In this document: positions 63,804-64,000 of the stretch, piece after piece
How positions within the stretch are numbered: the stretch's first letter is position 1
How the letters are laid out: every line of letters begins with the position of its first letter
From: Chiloscyllium plagiosum
Lineage: Eukaryota
Length of the DNA: 64,000 bases
Direction of reading: 5' to 3'
Assembly (NCBI RefSeq): GCF_004010195.1
Contig: NC_057718.1
Location: 7,892,066-7,956,065 of the forward strand
Made by a program: the position numbers and the translations under genes
The notes under the pieces: generated by a model
Database searches by the model: none
The model's input: the letters and a program-made list of their open reading frames with translations, nothing else
Told to the model about the DNA's origin: nothing

Positions 63804-64000
63804 ACTCCATTTAAACCACTCCCTAATGCAATATTAATAAGCCAGGTTGATAAACGATTTAGAAAAAAATATGGGGGTGGAGGAAGATAAGTAAATTTGC
63901 AGATGACACAATCATTGGCTGGGTGGTTGACAATAGGAAGAAGGTGTTAGGATACAGGAGGATACAAAAAGATTGGGCACATGGGCAGATTGGTGGCAAA

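Overview
Eukaryotic DNA that is almost entirely repeats, with three N gaps (20725-20760, 32304-32434, 48479-49267). The repeat content (HE1-type V-SINEs, DeuSINE/SacSINE1-like SINEs, dense CR1 LINE fragments) indicates a cartilaginous fish, most likely a shark. No intact host protein-coding gene could be recognised; most ORFs in the track are decayed retroelement fragments or antisense noise. Main elements: (1) a decayed two-LTR Ty3/gypsy element (861-6786, minus strand) with the Gmr1-type order gag-PR-INT-RT-RH, plus related solo LTRs; (2) many nested CR1 fragments, one RTE fragment and three L1/Tx1-like 3' ends; (3) Penelope-like element (PLE) ORF remnants and many short, often palindromic PLE-derived inserts carrying minimal hammerhead-ribozyme motifs (CTGANGA-stem-GAAA-NUH) of at least four sequence types; (4) minisatellites of 24, ~30, 46 and 19 bp, the 46-bp one built from hairpin+A-run units abutting a Tx1-like 3' end; (5) a small CpG-rich unique patch near 10.3-10.6 kb with candidate exons of an unidentified transcript. 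Family names come from recognising motifs by eye, not from database searches, and many boundaries are approximate.
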